Shown: piece after piece, positions 45,024-54,675 of the stretch
Numbering within the stretch: position 1 is the first letter of the stretch
Layout of the letters: every line of letters starts with the position of its first letter
Virus record (IMG/VR): IMGVR_UViG_3300014204_000151
Span: 1-64,000 of that record
Direction: 5' to 3' (one strand)
Source of the DNA: a virus
Taxonomy: Duplodnaviria; Caudoviricetes
Length of the DNA stretch: 64,000 bases
Made by a program: the position numbers and the translations under genes
The notes under the pieces: model-generated
Databases searched by the model: none
What the model was told of the DNA's origin: nothing
What the model saw: only the letters and a program-made list of their open reading frames with translations

Positions 45024-47859
45024 AATTGTCCAACTGTCACCCAATCCAGTATCCTGCTCTCCTTGGGAATTATATAATTTATTAAAGAACTCTTCCAAGG
45101 TAGATTGCCGTCTTATACAAGGAACTTGCAAATATTCAGAAATAGAAGGAATTCCCGCTCGTTGTTTTCCTTACGATTTATTATGGAACGAGAATAAAGA
45201 AGAATGTATTAAATTAATTAAAGAAGCTGGCATTTTACATATTCACAATTCTCTTTTTCCAGAAAATTTGGAAGAATATATAAATCCAAATCAAATAATT
45301 ATACTGCAGCTATATTCTGTTTATAGAGAAAAATTACAACCATTAATTGATAAATGTGCAAAATTTAATCCTATAATTGTTATAGCAGACCAACCTTGGC
45401 AAAAAAAAGTATATGAGGATATTAGTAAAACTTATTTACCTTTAGTAAAAACTGATTATTGTGAAAATACAACGCAAGATGTTCCGGTTATTGTTTATGC
45501 CCCTACTAATAAATTACCCCTTTCTCATATATACAGCAAAGGATATTATGAGGTCTTAGAAATTCTGTATAGACTAAAACAAAAATATGTGTTTAATTTA
45601 AAAATTATAGAAAGTGTTCCCTATGAAGAAAATTTAAAATTAAAACAAAACGTTGATATTATAATTGATGATGTTATCAATGAAAATGCTATACATGGTA
45701 CAAGCTTAGAAAGCTGTTGTTATGGAGCTGTACCATTAACCAACTATTCTGGAGAAGATTATCCATTTAAAAAAACCAATTTACAATCATTAGAAAAAAC
45801 AATAGAAAATTATCTCATTTCTCCAGAGTTATTAGCCCAAGATAAAAATAAAATAACCGAATGGCAAAAAAATAATTATACAAAAGACATATTATTGAAT
45901 AAGTATGAATTGTTCTATGAGAATTGTATAGTTCAACAAAAAACTAAAATATTAAATATAGATAATCCTTATGAACAATCAGAAAGGATGGAAAAAGCAA
46001 AAACAAAACTTTTTCAATTAATGGTGGATTGGCTCAATAAAAATAATATTCAATTTTTTCTTAGTTTTGGTTCGGCATTAAAAGCTTATAGAGATAATGA
46101 ACACGCTTTAGATGCTGATTTTGGAGTATTTTATGAATATAAATGGCAAGTTAAAAAAGCTATAGAAACATCTCTTCCAGATGAAATAATGGTGAATTGT
46201 ATTTGGAGAGGAGAAATTACATTTAGATTTAAAGATTCAAAGTATCCTAAATTAGATATTATCTTTTTTGATAAGCAAGATGATTATTATAGATGTAATA
46301 TTTATAGTAGAAATCCAATGAATGGATTGATTACTTGGGAACGAGGAATTAAAATTTCACATGAAGCTTTGAATAAATTTAAACAAATAGAATTCAAAGG
46401 CCGAACGGTTGATATTCCAAAAAATATTAAACAATATTTAACAGAAAATTATACAGAAGAATGGAAAATACCTTTACCTAAAAAAACTATGGGGTGGGGC
46501 AGTAGGCCTTGTGCTGACTATAATCACCGGCAAATAGCTATTATTATCCCAACTTTTATAAGAGAAAATAAAGTAACCGAATGTATTAAATCTGCTTTGC
46601 AAGTTTATCCAGAAGGGATGATTAGAATTTATGTAGGAGACCAAAGCGATGTAATATCTGAATCTATGCTTGAGTTTTATAAAGAGTTACAGTCTAAAGG
46701 TCATGTATTTATTAAATTACCATTTAATTGTGGCTTATCCTATGCTCGAAATTTTCTCATATCACAAACAAAATCAGAACCTTATATTATGATTATAGAT
46801 GATGACTTTATTTTTACTCCCAAAACTGATTTAAGTAAATTCATAGATGTATTAGAAGAAAAAGAATCCCACGGAATAGCTGGTGGATGTATAGAAAATA
46901 GATACCATTATGCAGGATGGTTGGAGTATCTGCCATCTATTCAAAAAATACTTAAAATTGATATTTTTTCAGTTCCCCAAACTATAAATTTAACAACCGA
47001 ATATAATTATAAACAAAGAAAAATTGCTTATTATTATAGCGATATAGTTCTTAATTTTTTCTTAGCTAAAAAAGAAATTTTTAAAGATATACAATGGGAT
47101 AATAATTTGCCACTTGTCGAGCATACCGACTATATGCTTCGATTAAAGCAACTTAATAAGTGGAGGGTTTGTTATGTTCCAGAGGTATCTATTAACCACT
47201 CATCACACGCAAACGAAGAAAATTATAAAAACTATAGACACAACGAAAATAAAAATATCGGAATTGAAAGATTCTGTAAGAAATGGAATTTAAATGGTCT
47301 TAATGATATTTGGAGACTATCTGATAAGTTAAAAGTCCAACCTCAAGAGGATATTTCTTTATTAAAAGAACTTGAGCAAAAAGAAAATAATATCGCCGCA
47401 CAATTAAAAAAAGAAGAACCTGTAATTAATCCAGAAGAAATTGTTGTAGAAACCGAAGTAGTAAAAAAAGAACCAATTAACAATATTACTTCTATTAATT
47501 TGTTTAGAGAATTAACAGAAATATTAGAAAAAGAAAATATTACTTTTTGTCTTTTAAAAAATACCTGTTTAAATGTAGTTTTAAATAGAGATTTTACAGA
47601 AATAACTTCTAATTTATACCTGAGTATTTGTGTGTCTGATAAATTAAAAGAACTGCTTAAAAAAATGGATTATATTATAGAACCAGATAAAATATCAAAA
47701 AATAATATATTCGTATATTTAGGTTCCATGCCATCAAAAATGAAAAAATGGACGGTTGGAAGTAAAACAATGAACGTTCCTTTTCCATTAATAAAGTACT
47801 TAGAAGATACCTTTAAAAAATCTTGGACAGAAATACAAAAAAGTGTAAAAAATGAATGA
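45016..47859 (+). CDS. multidomain glycosyltransferase: GT-B-like, LicD-like nucleotidyltransferase, GT2 and degenerate LicD-like domains
   Basis: GTSLESCCYG (GT-B); FLSFGSALKAYR...DADFG (LicD); IIIPTF...GLSYARN...IIDDD (GT2). Confidence 0.8.
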   Translation: MIKIVQLSPNPVSCSPWELYNLLKNSSKVDCRLIQGTCKYSEIEGIPARCFPYDLLWNENKEECIKLIKEAGILHIHNSLFPENLEEYINPNQIIILQLYSVYREKLQPLIDKCAKFNPIIVIADQPWQKKVYEDISKTYLPLVKTDYCENTTQDVPVIVYAPTNKLPLSHIYSKGYYEVLEILYRLKQKYVFNLKIIESVPYEENLKLKQNVDIIIDDVINENAIHGTSLESCCYGAVPLTNYSGEDYPFKKTNLQSLEKTIENYLISPELLAQDKNKITEWQKNNYTKDILLNKYELFYENCIVQQKTKILNIDNPYEQSERMEKAKTKLFQLMVDWLNKNNIQFFLSFGSALKAYRDNEHALDADFGVFYEYKWQVKKAIETSLPDEIMVNCIWRGEITFRFKDSKYPKLDIIFFDKQDDYYRCNIYSRNPMNGLITWERGIKISHEALNKFKQIEFKGRTVDIPKNIKQYLTENYTEEWKIPLPKKTMGWGSRPCADYNHRQIAIIIPTFIRENKVTECIKSALQVYPEGMIRIYVGDQSDVISESMLEFYKELQSKGHVFIKLPFNCGLSYARNFLISQTKSEPYIMIIDDDFIFTPKTDLSKFIDVLEEKESHGIAGGCIENRYHYAGWLEYLPSIQKILKIDIFSVPQTINLTTEYNYKQRKIAYYYSDIVLNFFLAKKEIFKDIQWDNNLPLVEHTDYMLRLKQLNKWRVCYVPEVSINHSSHANEENYKNYRHNENKNIGIERFCKKWNLNGLNDIWRLSDKLKVQPQEDISLLKELEQKENNIAAQLKKEEPVINPEEIVVETEVVKKEPINNITSINLFRELTEILEKENITFCLLKNTCLNVVLNRDFTEITSNLYLSICVSDKLKELLKKMDYIIEPDKISKNNIFVYLGSMPSKMKKWTVGSKTMNVPFPLIKYLEDTFKKSWTEIQKSVKNE

Positions 47860-48658
47860 CCAAACTTTAGCAATACTTGTTACCACTTTTATAAGAGATG
47901 AGTTGTTATATAAAACCATACAAAATATTGTAGATAACTTTCCAAAAGATTCCATTCTTCTTATTGCCGACCAGGGACTTCCCTCTACAGATAAAGATAA
48001 ACAAATTGAAACCTTTAAATCAAAAGTTCCCTTAGAATACTTTCTATTACCATTTAATTGTGGCTTATCCTATGCTCGAAATTTTTTAGTTAAAAAAGCC
48101 TCAGATTTAAATATTCCTTATGTATTAATGTCTGCCGACAGTATTCAATTTACTAAACCATATAACTTTCAATCATTTATAAATTTTTTAGAACAAGATA
48201 TAAGACGAGGGCTTATAGGATTTAATTTATTAGGAAGTAAATGTCCCTGGGAATTTTTAATGGAATTAACCACGCAAGGAATACTATTTGATACTTCTAC
48301 TATTTTTATAGAACATGAAAATATTATCTATAAAAAATGTGATATAGTAAGAAATATATTTTTAGCAAAGACTAACACTCTTCTTAATTTGTGGGATAAT
48401 AATTTACATCTTTGTGAGCATGAGGATGCTTTTATTACTTATAAACAAAAAGGTTATGAGGTTTACTGGACAAATTATATTTCATTTAAAAAAATATCTA
48501 CAGATAATTCTGAAGAATATAAAACACATAGAAGCCAATTCTCAGAATATCAATCACTGTTAAAGAAAAAACTAAATATTAAAACCTGGGTAATATACAG
48601 TCCAGAAGCTATGAGAGAAATAAGAAATTACAAAAAGGAGCAAAATGATACAAATTAA
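47852..48658 (+). CDS. GT2-family glycosyltransferase-like protein
   Basis: ILVTTFIR...ADQG...FNCGLSYARN; LMSADS where GT2 has the DxD motif. Confidence 0.75.
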   Translation: MNDQTLAILVTTFIRDELLYKTIQNIVDNFPKDSILLIADQGLPSTDKDKQIETFKSKVPLEYFLLPFNCGLSYARNFLVKKASDLNIPYVLMSADSIQFTKPYNFQSFINFLEQDIRRGLIGFNLLGSKCPWEFLMELTTQGILFDTSTIFIEHENIIYKKCDIVRNIFLAKTNTLLNLWDNNLHLCEHEDAFITYKQKGYEVYWTNYISFKKISTDNSEEYKTHRSQFSEYQSLLKKKLNIKTWVIYSPEAMREIRNYKKEQNDTN

Positions 48659-48941
48659 TTCTAAAGTGTTATGTAAACTTAACAATACCTTAGTACAATG
48701 CACGGTTACTCAACTATTAGGAGAAGAATTAGAATTAAATTATAATGATCAAGTATTTAAAAAATTTTATTGGGAGGTAATACCGGAGGATAAATACAAT
48801 GATAAACTATTTAAATAAGTTAGAAGATAAAATAGTAGATGTTATTCTTTTTTGTGGTTTTACAATAATAACCTTAGTCATATTAGGAATTTGGAAAGTG
48901 TTTGAAATCATAATTTGGCTTTTTAAACTTGGAATAAATTT

Positions 48942-49472
48942 ATGTGTAAAATAAAAAATATAATAAATGCTCCATTAGCTTTTATGGGGGGAATATTAGG
49001 AGCTTTAGGCGGAAGCTCTAATTCATCAAAACTTTATAGAAGAATCGGATTCCCTTTGTTAATAACCATAATAGCCACATCTAAATTACACTCATTATGG
49101 TTATTTTCTACTACGATTATGGTATTTTGTTTTTTTATTGGATACGGGATCCCAGATAATAATACGGGAGATGAAGGAAGCTGCTTGGGACGATTTTGGT
49201 TTAAAATATGTAATGGTAATAATTTCTTTACAAATTTCTTTACCAGGGGTTCTGTGGGGATATTAATTTCCTTCTCTTTGATTAGTATCCCAATAATTAA
49301 ACATAATTGGCTTATTTATTTTTTATGTAGTTCGGGAATATTTATCTCCCAAGCTCTGATTTCTTGGATGGGATTTGGTTCTATCTCATTTAAAAATAAA
49401 GAGTTATGTATTTCTGATTTAATCAATTACAGTATAATAACTGGATTATCTATCACACTTGTTTATGCGTAA
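48942..49472 (+). CDS. multi-TM membrane protein
   Basis: Approximately five hydrophobic segments; GGILGALGG. Confidence 0.7.
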   Translation: MCKIKNIINAPLAFMGGILGALGGSSNSSKLYRRIGFPLLITIIATSKLHSLWLFSTTIMVFCFFIGYGIPDNNTGDEGSCLGRFWFKICNGNNFFTNFFTRGSVGILISFSLISIPIIKHNWLIYFLCSSGIFISQALISWMGFGSISFKNKELCISDLINYSIITGLSITLVYA

Positions 49473-49583
49473 GCCTAAGAATATAAAATATTTATGTAAA
49501 ATTTGTAAAAGAACTGTTCCTAATATAAAGTTTTTATTAAAAATCGGCTGTATTTGGTGTAATTCTAATTATCATAAAAAATA

Positions 49584-50309
49584 ATGGATATTGTAATCTG
49601 GGCTGGAGGGCAAAGCATTGAAATTGGGCTTAATTTAGGGATACAAAGCCTCCTGTTGAATCGTTTTGTTGTAGGCGTCAACTACTCTTTCCTAACATTT
49701 AAACCTACCATTTTAACCTTTACAGACCTAAATTTCTATAAATCCTCTGATTTAACTCAAAACCCGGATATTTATAATCAATTAAAAGAACTACCCCTTA
49801 TTGTAGGTCTAAATCATCAACAAGAATTACAATCTGTTATTCATCCTAATACCCACCTCATTTCTTTTCCAAAAATCATAGGATTAAATAATTGTCCATT
49901 AACTGGTATATTTGCTATTGCTTTAGCTCTAAAATTTAAACCAAATAAATTATTTCTCTTAGGATTTGATTGGACTATTCGGGATAAAAACTCTTTTGTT
50001 ATAGATAAAAATTATACCGGTAAAACTAATCTAAATATTCATTATTATAAAGATATAAAACATCGAGGAATAGGAGATATTCATTTTTATGAGAAACATA
50101 ATCCCGATTATTATTTCAATCAATTTAAAAATACAGAAACTACTATTTATAATGTATCCCCCAATTCTAATATTAATACATTTCCAAAAATAGATTATCC
50201 TACCTTCTTTAATCTATTAGACTCGACTACATATAACCAACAAGAATTAATAAACCTTTCATTATCCACACTACAACCATTCTTCTCTACAACAAAAAAA
50301 CCGAGCTAA
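49584..50309 (+). CDS. DUF115/Maf/MptE-like Rossmann-fold protein (possible glycosyltransferase)
   Basis: IWAGGQSI, VGVN, LFLLGFD, IYNVS. Confidence 0.65.
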   Translation: MDIVIWAGGQSIEIGLNLGIQSLLLNRFVVGVNYSFLTFKPTILTFTDLNFYKSSDLTQNPDIYNQLKELPLIVGLNHQQELQSVIHPNTHLISFPKIIGLNNCPLTGIFAIALALKFKPNKLFLLGFDWTIRDKNSFVIDKNYTGKTNLNIHYYKDIKHRGIGDIHFYEKHNPDYYFNQFKNTETTIYNVSPNSNINTFPKIDYPTFFNLLDSTTYNQQELINLSLSTLQPFFSTTKKPS

Positions 50310-50323
50310 ATTTATAACTCGGT
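50294..50323 (-). terminator. intrinsic terminator for the - strand tail operon
   Basis: ACCGAG/CTCGGT stem followed by T7 on the - strand, at the convergence point. Confidence 0.55.
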
Positions 50324-50387
50324 CTACAAAAACACCAGCTTTTCCCCGCAAACATAATTGCTTTTACTGTTTTACGTTTTTTTCGTT

Positions 50388-50498
50388 GTAACTCCTTTAG
50401 TTTCAACACTTTAATCTATGTTTTTTGCTATGTTGTAACTCATTGTGCGTCAATGGCTTACATTCGCCACAAGAAAAAACCTCGTAGGAAGCCCTCAG
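50388..50498 (+). repeat. composite element copy R
   Basis: GTAACTCCTTT-AGTTT-CAACACTTTAA, 20 bp, GTAACTCATTG-TGCGT-CAATGGCTTAC, 18 bp, CCTCGTAGGAAGCCCTCAG. Confidence 0.8.
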
Positions 50499-50523
50499 AC
50501 ACATTATTATTGCTAATGTGGGG

Positions 50524-51042
50524 CTAACCACGCTTATTAACAAATTTAAGCTGAAATGGGTTGTAAATTTGAATTATTAACTTCTCTCGGATTGGAGTTG
50601 TAAAGCCTTCTCCCGCTTGAAAAATTGTTGAATAAAATAATTGAAATCCACTATTAACTTCTTGAATACTTTCAGAAGTAGTACCCCATACATTCTCTTG
50701 CAAAGTTTCGTATACCACAAATACACTTAAATAAGATAAAAATATTTCTGGAATAAATAAATTAACTATAAAATTTAGATACCTCGGAATAATTAATGTA
50801 TAAGAAGGAAGCCCCCCCATAATCCACTCAGTATAATTACTTATAACAGTTCCATCTCCAGATGTTCCTATTGTATCTATCCATTCCGACTCATAGGTAA
50901 TCAACTTTTTATTTATACTTCCACCAATAGTAACATCACTTAAATAAATATTTGAATTATTCTGATTTAGTATATTAAGAATATCTTTTTCTTTATTGTA
51001 TTCTTTTTGTATTTTATATTTATTTTCATTGTATAACATCAT
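50524..51042 (-). CDS. putative minor tail protein
   Basis: End of the tail operon; YESEWI motif shared with the next ORF. Confidence 0.6.
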   Translation of the reverse strand: MMLYNENKYKIQKEYNKEKDILNILNQNNSNIYLSDVTIGGSINKKLITYESEWIDTIGTSGDGTVISNYTEWIMGGLPSYTLIIPRYLNFIVNLFIPEIFLSYLSVFVVYETLQENVWGTTSESIQEVNSGFQLFYSTIFQAGEGFTTPIREKLIIQIYNPFQLKFVNKRG

Positions 51043-51770
51043 TACCTCGGACTAACTATAGACATTATTATTTTTCCATAAATTTTTATAATCGGGGGAG
51101 CATAAAAATTAGCAGTTACATCTACGGGAGGAACACTCCAAGTACTTGTGCATCTTATCCAACCATTTAAAATTCCATCTCCTTGATAAGAAGCAGAAAT
51201 AATAAAGGAGTAATTTCCATCATAATCCACTGTCTTAATTATAGGAGCCGGTAATTCCATAGAAGAATAAACGCCTAAATTGTTTATCTCTAATGATGGT
51301 TCTCCCACTCTTTTAAAATTATAATAAAATGCTTGCCCCCACTTTAATTTATTTTGATAAACTTCATCAGTTTTAAATATTACTTTATAATTGACATAGG
51401 GCTGTAGATTAGTTGGAATATTTGTAGAAATATCTATAGTTTTACTATATTCTCTAATTGATAAATTTTTACTTGCCTCCAACTGCGGAATAAACTTTGC
51501 CCAATGATAATCTGTATAAGTTTCTCCAGTATCAGAATCATAATAATAATAAGTAATCCCCCCAGAATAAACATGAGTAAAAAAATAACTATCTATTATC
51601 TCTAACTCTACCCAATCGGTCTCATAACTATAAATTTTCTTCTTTAATAATTCCTTATTAGCCGTTGACTTATTAGAAAAATCAATAAAAAAATTGGTAG
51701 ACTTATTTTTTAAATCTATCAATTTATTATCAATAGCTCTAATCTTATTCTTTTCTTCTTTATAAATCAT
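51042..51770 (-). CDS. putative minor tail protein
   Basis: Coupled ORF, YETDWV; beta-rich. Confidence 0.6.
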   Translation of the reverse strand: MIYKEEKNKIRAIDNKLIDLKNKSTNFFIDFSNKSTANKELLKKKIYSYETDWVELEIIDSYFFTHVYSGGITYYYYDSDTGETYTDYHWAKFIPQLEASKNLSIREYSKTIDISTNIPTNLQPYVNYKVIFKTDEVYQNKLKWGQAFYYNFKRVGEPSLEINNLGVYSSMELPAPIIKTVDYDGNYSFIISASYQGDGILNGWIRCTSTWSVPPVDVTANFYAPPIIKIYGKIIMSIVSPR

Positions 51771-51772
51771 AT

Positions 51773-52042
51773 CTACCTTGGATTAATTATAAAATCTATT
51801 GAAGAAAAATAATATTTATTATCCTTAAATCGTACTACACGAGATGTCTTAATGTAAAAAGAAAGATTATTTAATACGGTTTCTCCTAATCCTACTTGAG
51901 ACTTTTTAATTCTAACATCACTCTTACTTTTTTTTGGAGAAACCAATTCTACAACTTCAAAATCTTCATATTGCTTATTTAGATTGATTTCTCCATCCCA
52001 TAAATACAAGATTTTATTTTTCGTATCAGCATATAATCCCAT
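51773..52042 (-). CDS. hypothetical tail-operon protein
   Basis: 89 aa, coupled. Confidence 0.55.
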   Translation of the reverse strand: MGLYADTKNKILYLWDGEINLNKQYEDFEVVELVSPKKSKSDVRIKKSQVGLGETVLNNLSFYIKTSRVVRFKDNKYYFSSIDFIINPR

Positions 52043-54675
52043 TAGAATACATCCTCTTGATTTTTTGGATTAACTTTTTGATACAACTTTACACTATATT
52101 CCGCAATTTCATCGGTTAGTTTTGGAGCATACGATGTTGGCGATTCTGGAACAAATTCATGAACATTAATAAACAAAGACCAACCCTCAATAGAACTTTT
52201 AGAGCTATTTAATTTTATAATTGCAGACATATTTTTTGAGGAAATTGTAATTGCTTTTATTGATAGAGGAAATCCTTTTGTATTTTTAAATATATTTGAT
52301 TGAGTAGTATTAACTATATTTATTTTATCTACCAATTTTAAATTATAAAATAATAAAGCATCTAAAGTTAAAATTAATTCTACATCGGTTTGATATAAGT
52401 CTAATTTATTATATTCCGCAATCGCCATATTTTTAGCATACTCGGAATAATCATAACTTACTTCCTTTGTTTCATACAATCCATCATCTTTATCCTCATA
52501 TTTGTATGCACTTTCATAAATACCATTTTCAGCAGAAATAACCTTATATGGTTCAGAACCTTTTGTATACCAACCCAGATCGGTTTCAACTACATCATAA
52601 ACTCGTTGCCAAAAAACAACAACTCCGGTTAAGGTCTCTATCTGCCACAAATCATCGGTTAATGACAGGGATGTCCCGATGTAATCATTTACTAACTGTT
52701 TCTGCCCGCTCTCAGAAAAAGGTTCGTCTAACGTGGCATTTACTACATAGAAATAATCTACATTTTCTTCTGGAACCCAAGTATCAATTTCTTCCCAACT
52801 TTTTAATGTAAACCATCCCCTAACCACTCGCTCAACTTTTTTTGTTCCTAAATGAACTGCTACTCCCCTGTAAAAACCGTTATCTTCTCCCGCTTCTGTA
52901 TGACTAAGCGGGCTACCAACATTTATAGATGCATGAATAACATCGTATAATCCCAACTGTTCATTTTTTGTTACCAGAGGTAAATTTACGGTCTTTCCCG
53001 TATACCAAAGTACATTACAAACGCTCCCCTTATTGTTTATTGTAAACGGAGTCTTATCCTCTACCCACGGAGTAGCATTTTTCTCTCCTTCTGCCGTTAC
53101 TTCTACAGATTCCTGCTCAGAAGATTCAGATAAATTAGTTATGTATCCCTCAAACCATAAAATACTATTAAAATAAATCTGCACCAAATTATGTTCAGTA
53201 ACTTCTGATAAACCCCCCTCTAAAGTATAATTGGGATTATCAAAATTTCTAACCAAAGTAAAATTAGCGATTGGTTGTGTATCTACCACAGTATTTATCT
53301 CAATAGAATCAGATATTACATCATCAATAGTAACTCCATCTATTTTTACAACAAAAGAATCCACTGAGAATGGCTCTAAACTTTCATACGGATTTTGACC
53401 GGATGGAACTCCTCCAACTGGCTCTTGTAAATATCTAAAGTCTGTATTGATATAATTCTGAGTTTCTTTCTTTACATTAAATTTAGTATTTGCTATAAAA
53501 AATCTTTTTGTCCAATTTAATACGGTATTTATAGCATGAGAAGCTTTTGAAATTCTTGTTCTAAAATCAGTATTAATTATATTTTTTACAGAATCGTCTA
53601 TAACAAATAACTGTCCTTCAGAATCATCATCCGAAATGTAAACATAACTATTATTATTTAATGTTGCTATTGCATATAATTGATTTGATTCTGCCGTATT
53701 TAAAATAGATTGACTATTCAAATCATCATAATCCACTTTTGCAACTTGACCATCTTTCGATGAAATATAAATGAATTTATTACTTTTTCTTATTGACAAA
53801 TTTTTTGCGTTATCAATATCGGTTAAAGAATATTTTGTGTAAGTATGAGCATCTAAATCAAACTTTATAATTTCAGAACCAATTTTATCCGTAACTATAT
53901 AAGCATAATTTTCACATATAAATTTATTTAGATAAACATTAAAAATGTCATCGGATATTTCACAATCAGAATCTATATCTAATTGGGCGGTTTCAGACCT
54001 AATAATCGCATCAGAATTTATTGTTTGAGTAGCAGAACCTAATACCACTGCGTCAGAATAAATTCTTTGTGTTTTTGTATTAGTTACTTCAGAATCAGAA
54101 TAAAGAGATTGATTTACTTTTGCAAATACATTTGTATCAGAATAAATAAACTGAGAGTGATAACCAGAATCTCCACTTTGTAATTCTATTCTTCTTACCC
54201 CCTCACTTCCACCCCCCCAACTATCAGCAAATTTAAAAGCATAATAACGATATGCTGTAGTGTTGGTTACTATTATATATTTTGGATCTGCTTGATCTAA
54301 TTCTATATGTTCATCAAAAGTATTCTGTGCTACAGTTAATTCTGTCCAATTAGTGTCTATCCCATAAGTAAGCTCCGAAAACGCCCCCGCAACATTAGAT
54401 CCCCAAAATGTAAAATTCTGAACCCCTCCATCTACAGCAATACCAAAATAATGATAATTTTCATAATAAATGCGAGTAATTATTTTTGCAGAACCCAAAT
54501 CTATGTGAAATCTCTGGAATTCAAAATTTCCCATCCAAGCATTATCTGTAGAATCTCCAATTAAAGATAGTGATGGGTCTGTTGCCATATATGCCATAAA
54601 ATCAATAGAAGCTTCAAAAGTAGCTTTCACATAAGTATCACTAAATGCTGGTGGATATTGAGAAGTATAACCCAT
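52042..54675 (-). CDS. large tail tip/hub protein with N-terminal discoidin (F5/8-type C)-like domain
   Basis: IDLGSAKII...FWGSN...YRYYAFKF...IEL; SD-repeat linker; hub-like C-half. Confidence 0.7.
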   Translation of the reverse strand: MGYTSQYPPAFSDTYVKATFEASIDFMAYMATDPSLSLIGDSTDNAWMGNFEFQRFHIDLGSAKIITRIYYENYHYFGIAVDGGVQNFTFWGSNVAGAFSELTYGIDTNWTELTVAQNTFDEHIELDQADPKYIIVTNTTAYRYYAFKFADSWGGGSEGVRRIELQSGDSGYHSQFIYSDTNVFAKVNQSLYSDSEVTNTKTQRIYSDAVVLGSATQTINSDAIIRSETAQLDIDSDCEISDDIFNVYLNKFICENYAYIVTDKIGSEIIKFDLDAHTYTKYSLTDIDNAKNLSIRKSNKFIYISSKDGQVAKVDYDDLNSQSILNTAESNQLYAIATLNNNSYVYISDDDSEGQLFVIDDSVKNIINTDFRTRISKASHAINTVLNWTKRFFIANTKFNVKKETQNYINTDFRYLQEPVGGVPSGQNPYESLEPFSVDSFVVKIDGVTIDDVISDSIEINTVVDTQPIANFTLVRNFDNPNYTLEGGLSEVTEHNLVQIYFNSILWFEGYITNLSESSEQESVEVTAEGEKNATPWVEDKTPFTINNKGSVCNVLWYTGKTVNLPLVTKNEQLGLYDVIHASINVGSPLSHTEAGEDNGFYRGVAVHLGTKKVERVVRGWFTLKSWEEIDTWVPEENVDYFYVVNATLDEPFSESGQKQLVNDYIGTSLSLTDDLWQIETLTGVVVFWQRVYDVVETDLGWYTKGSEPYKVISAENGIYESAYKYEDKDDGLYETKEVSYDYSEYAKNMAIAEYNKLDLYQTDVELILTLDALLFYNLKLVDKINIVNTTQSNIFKNTKGFPLSIKAITISSKNMSAIIKLNSSKSSIEGWSLFINVHEFVPESPTSYAPKLTDEIAEYSVKLYQKVNPKNQEDVF

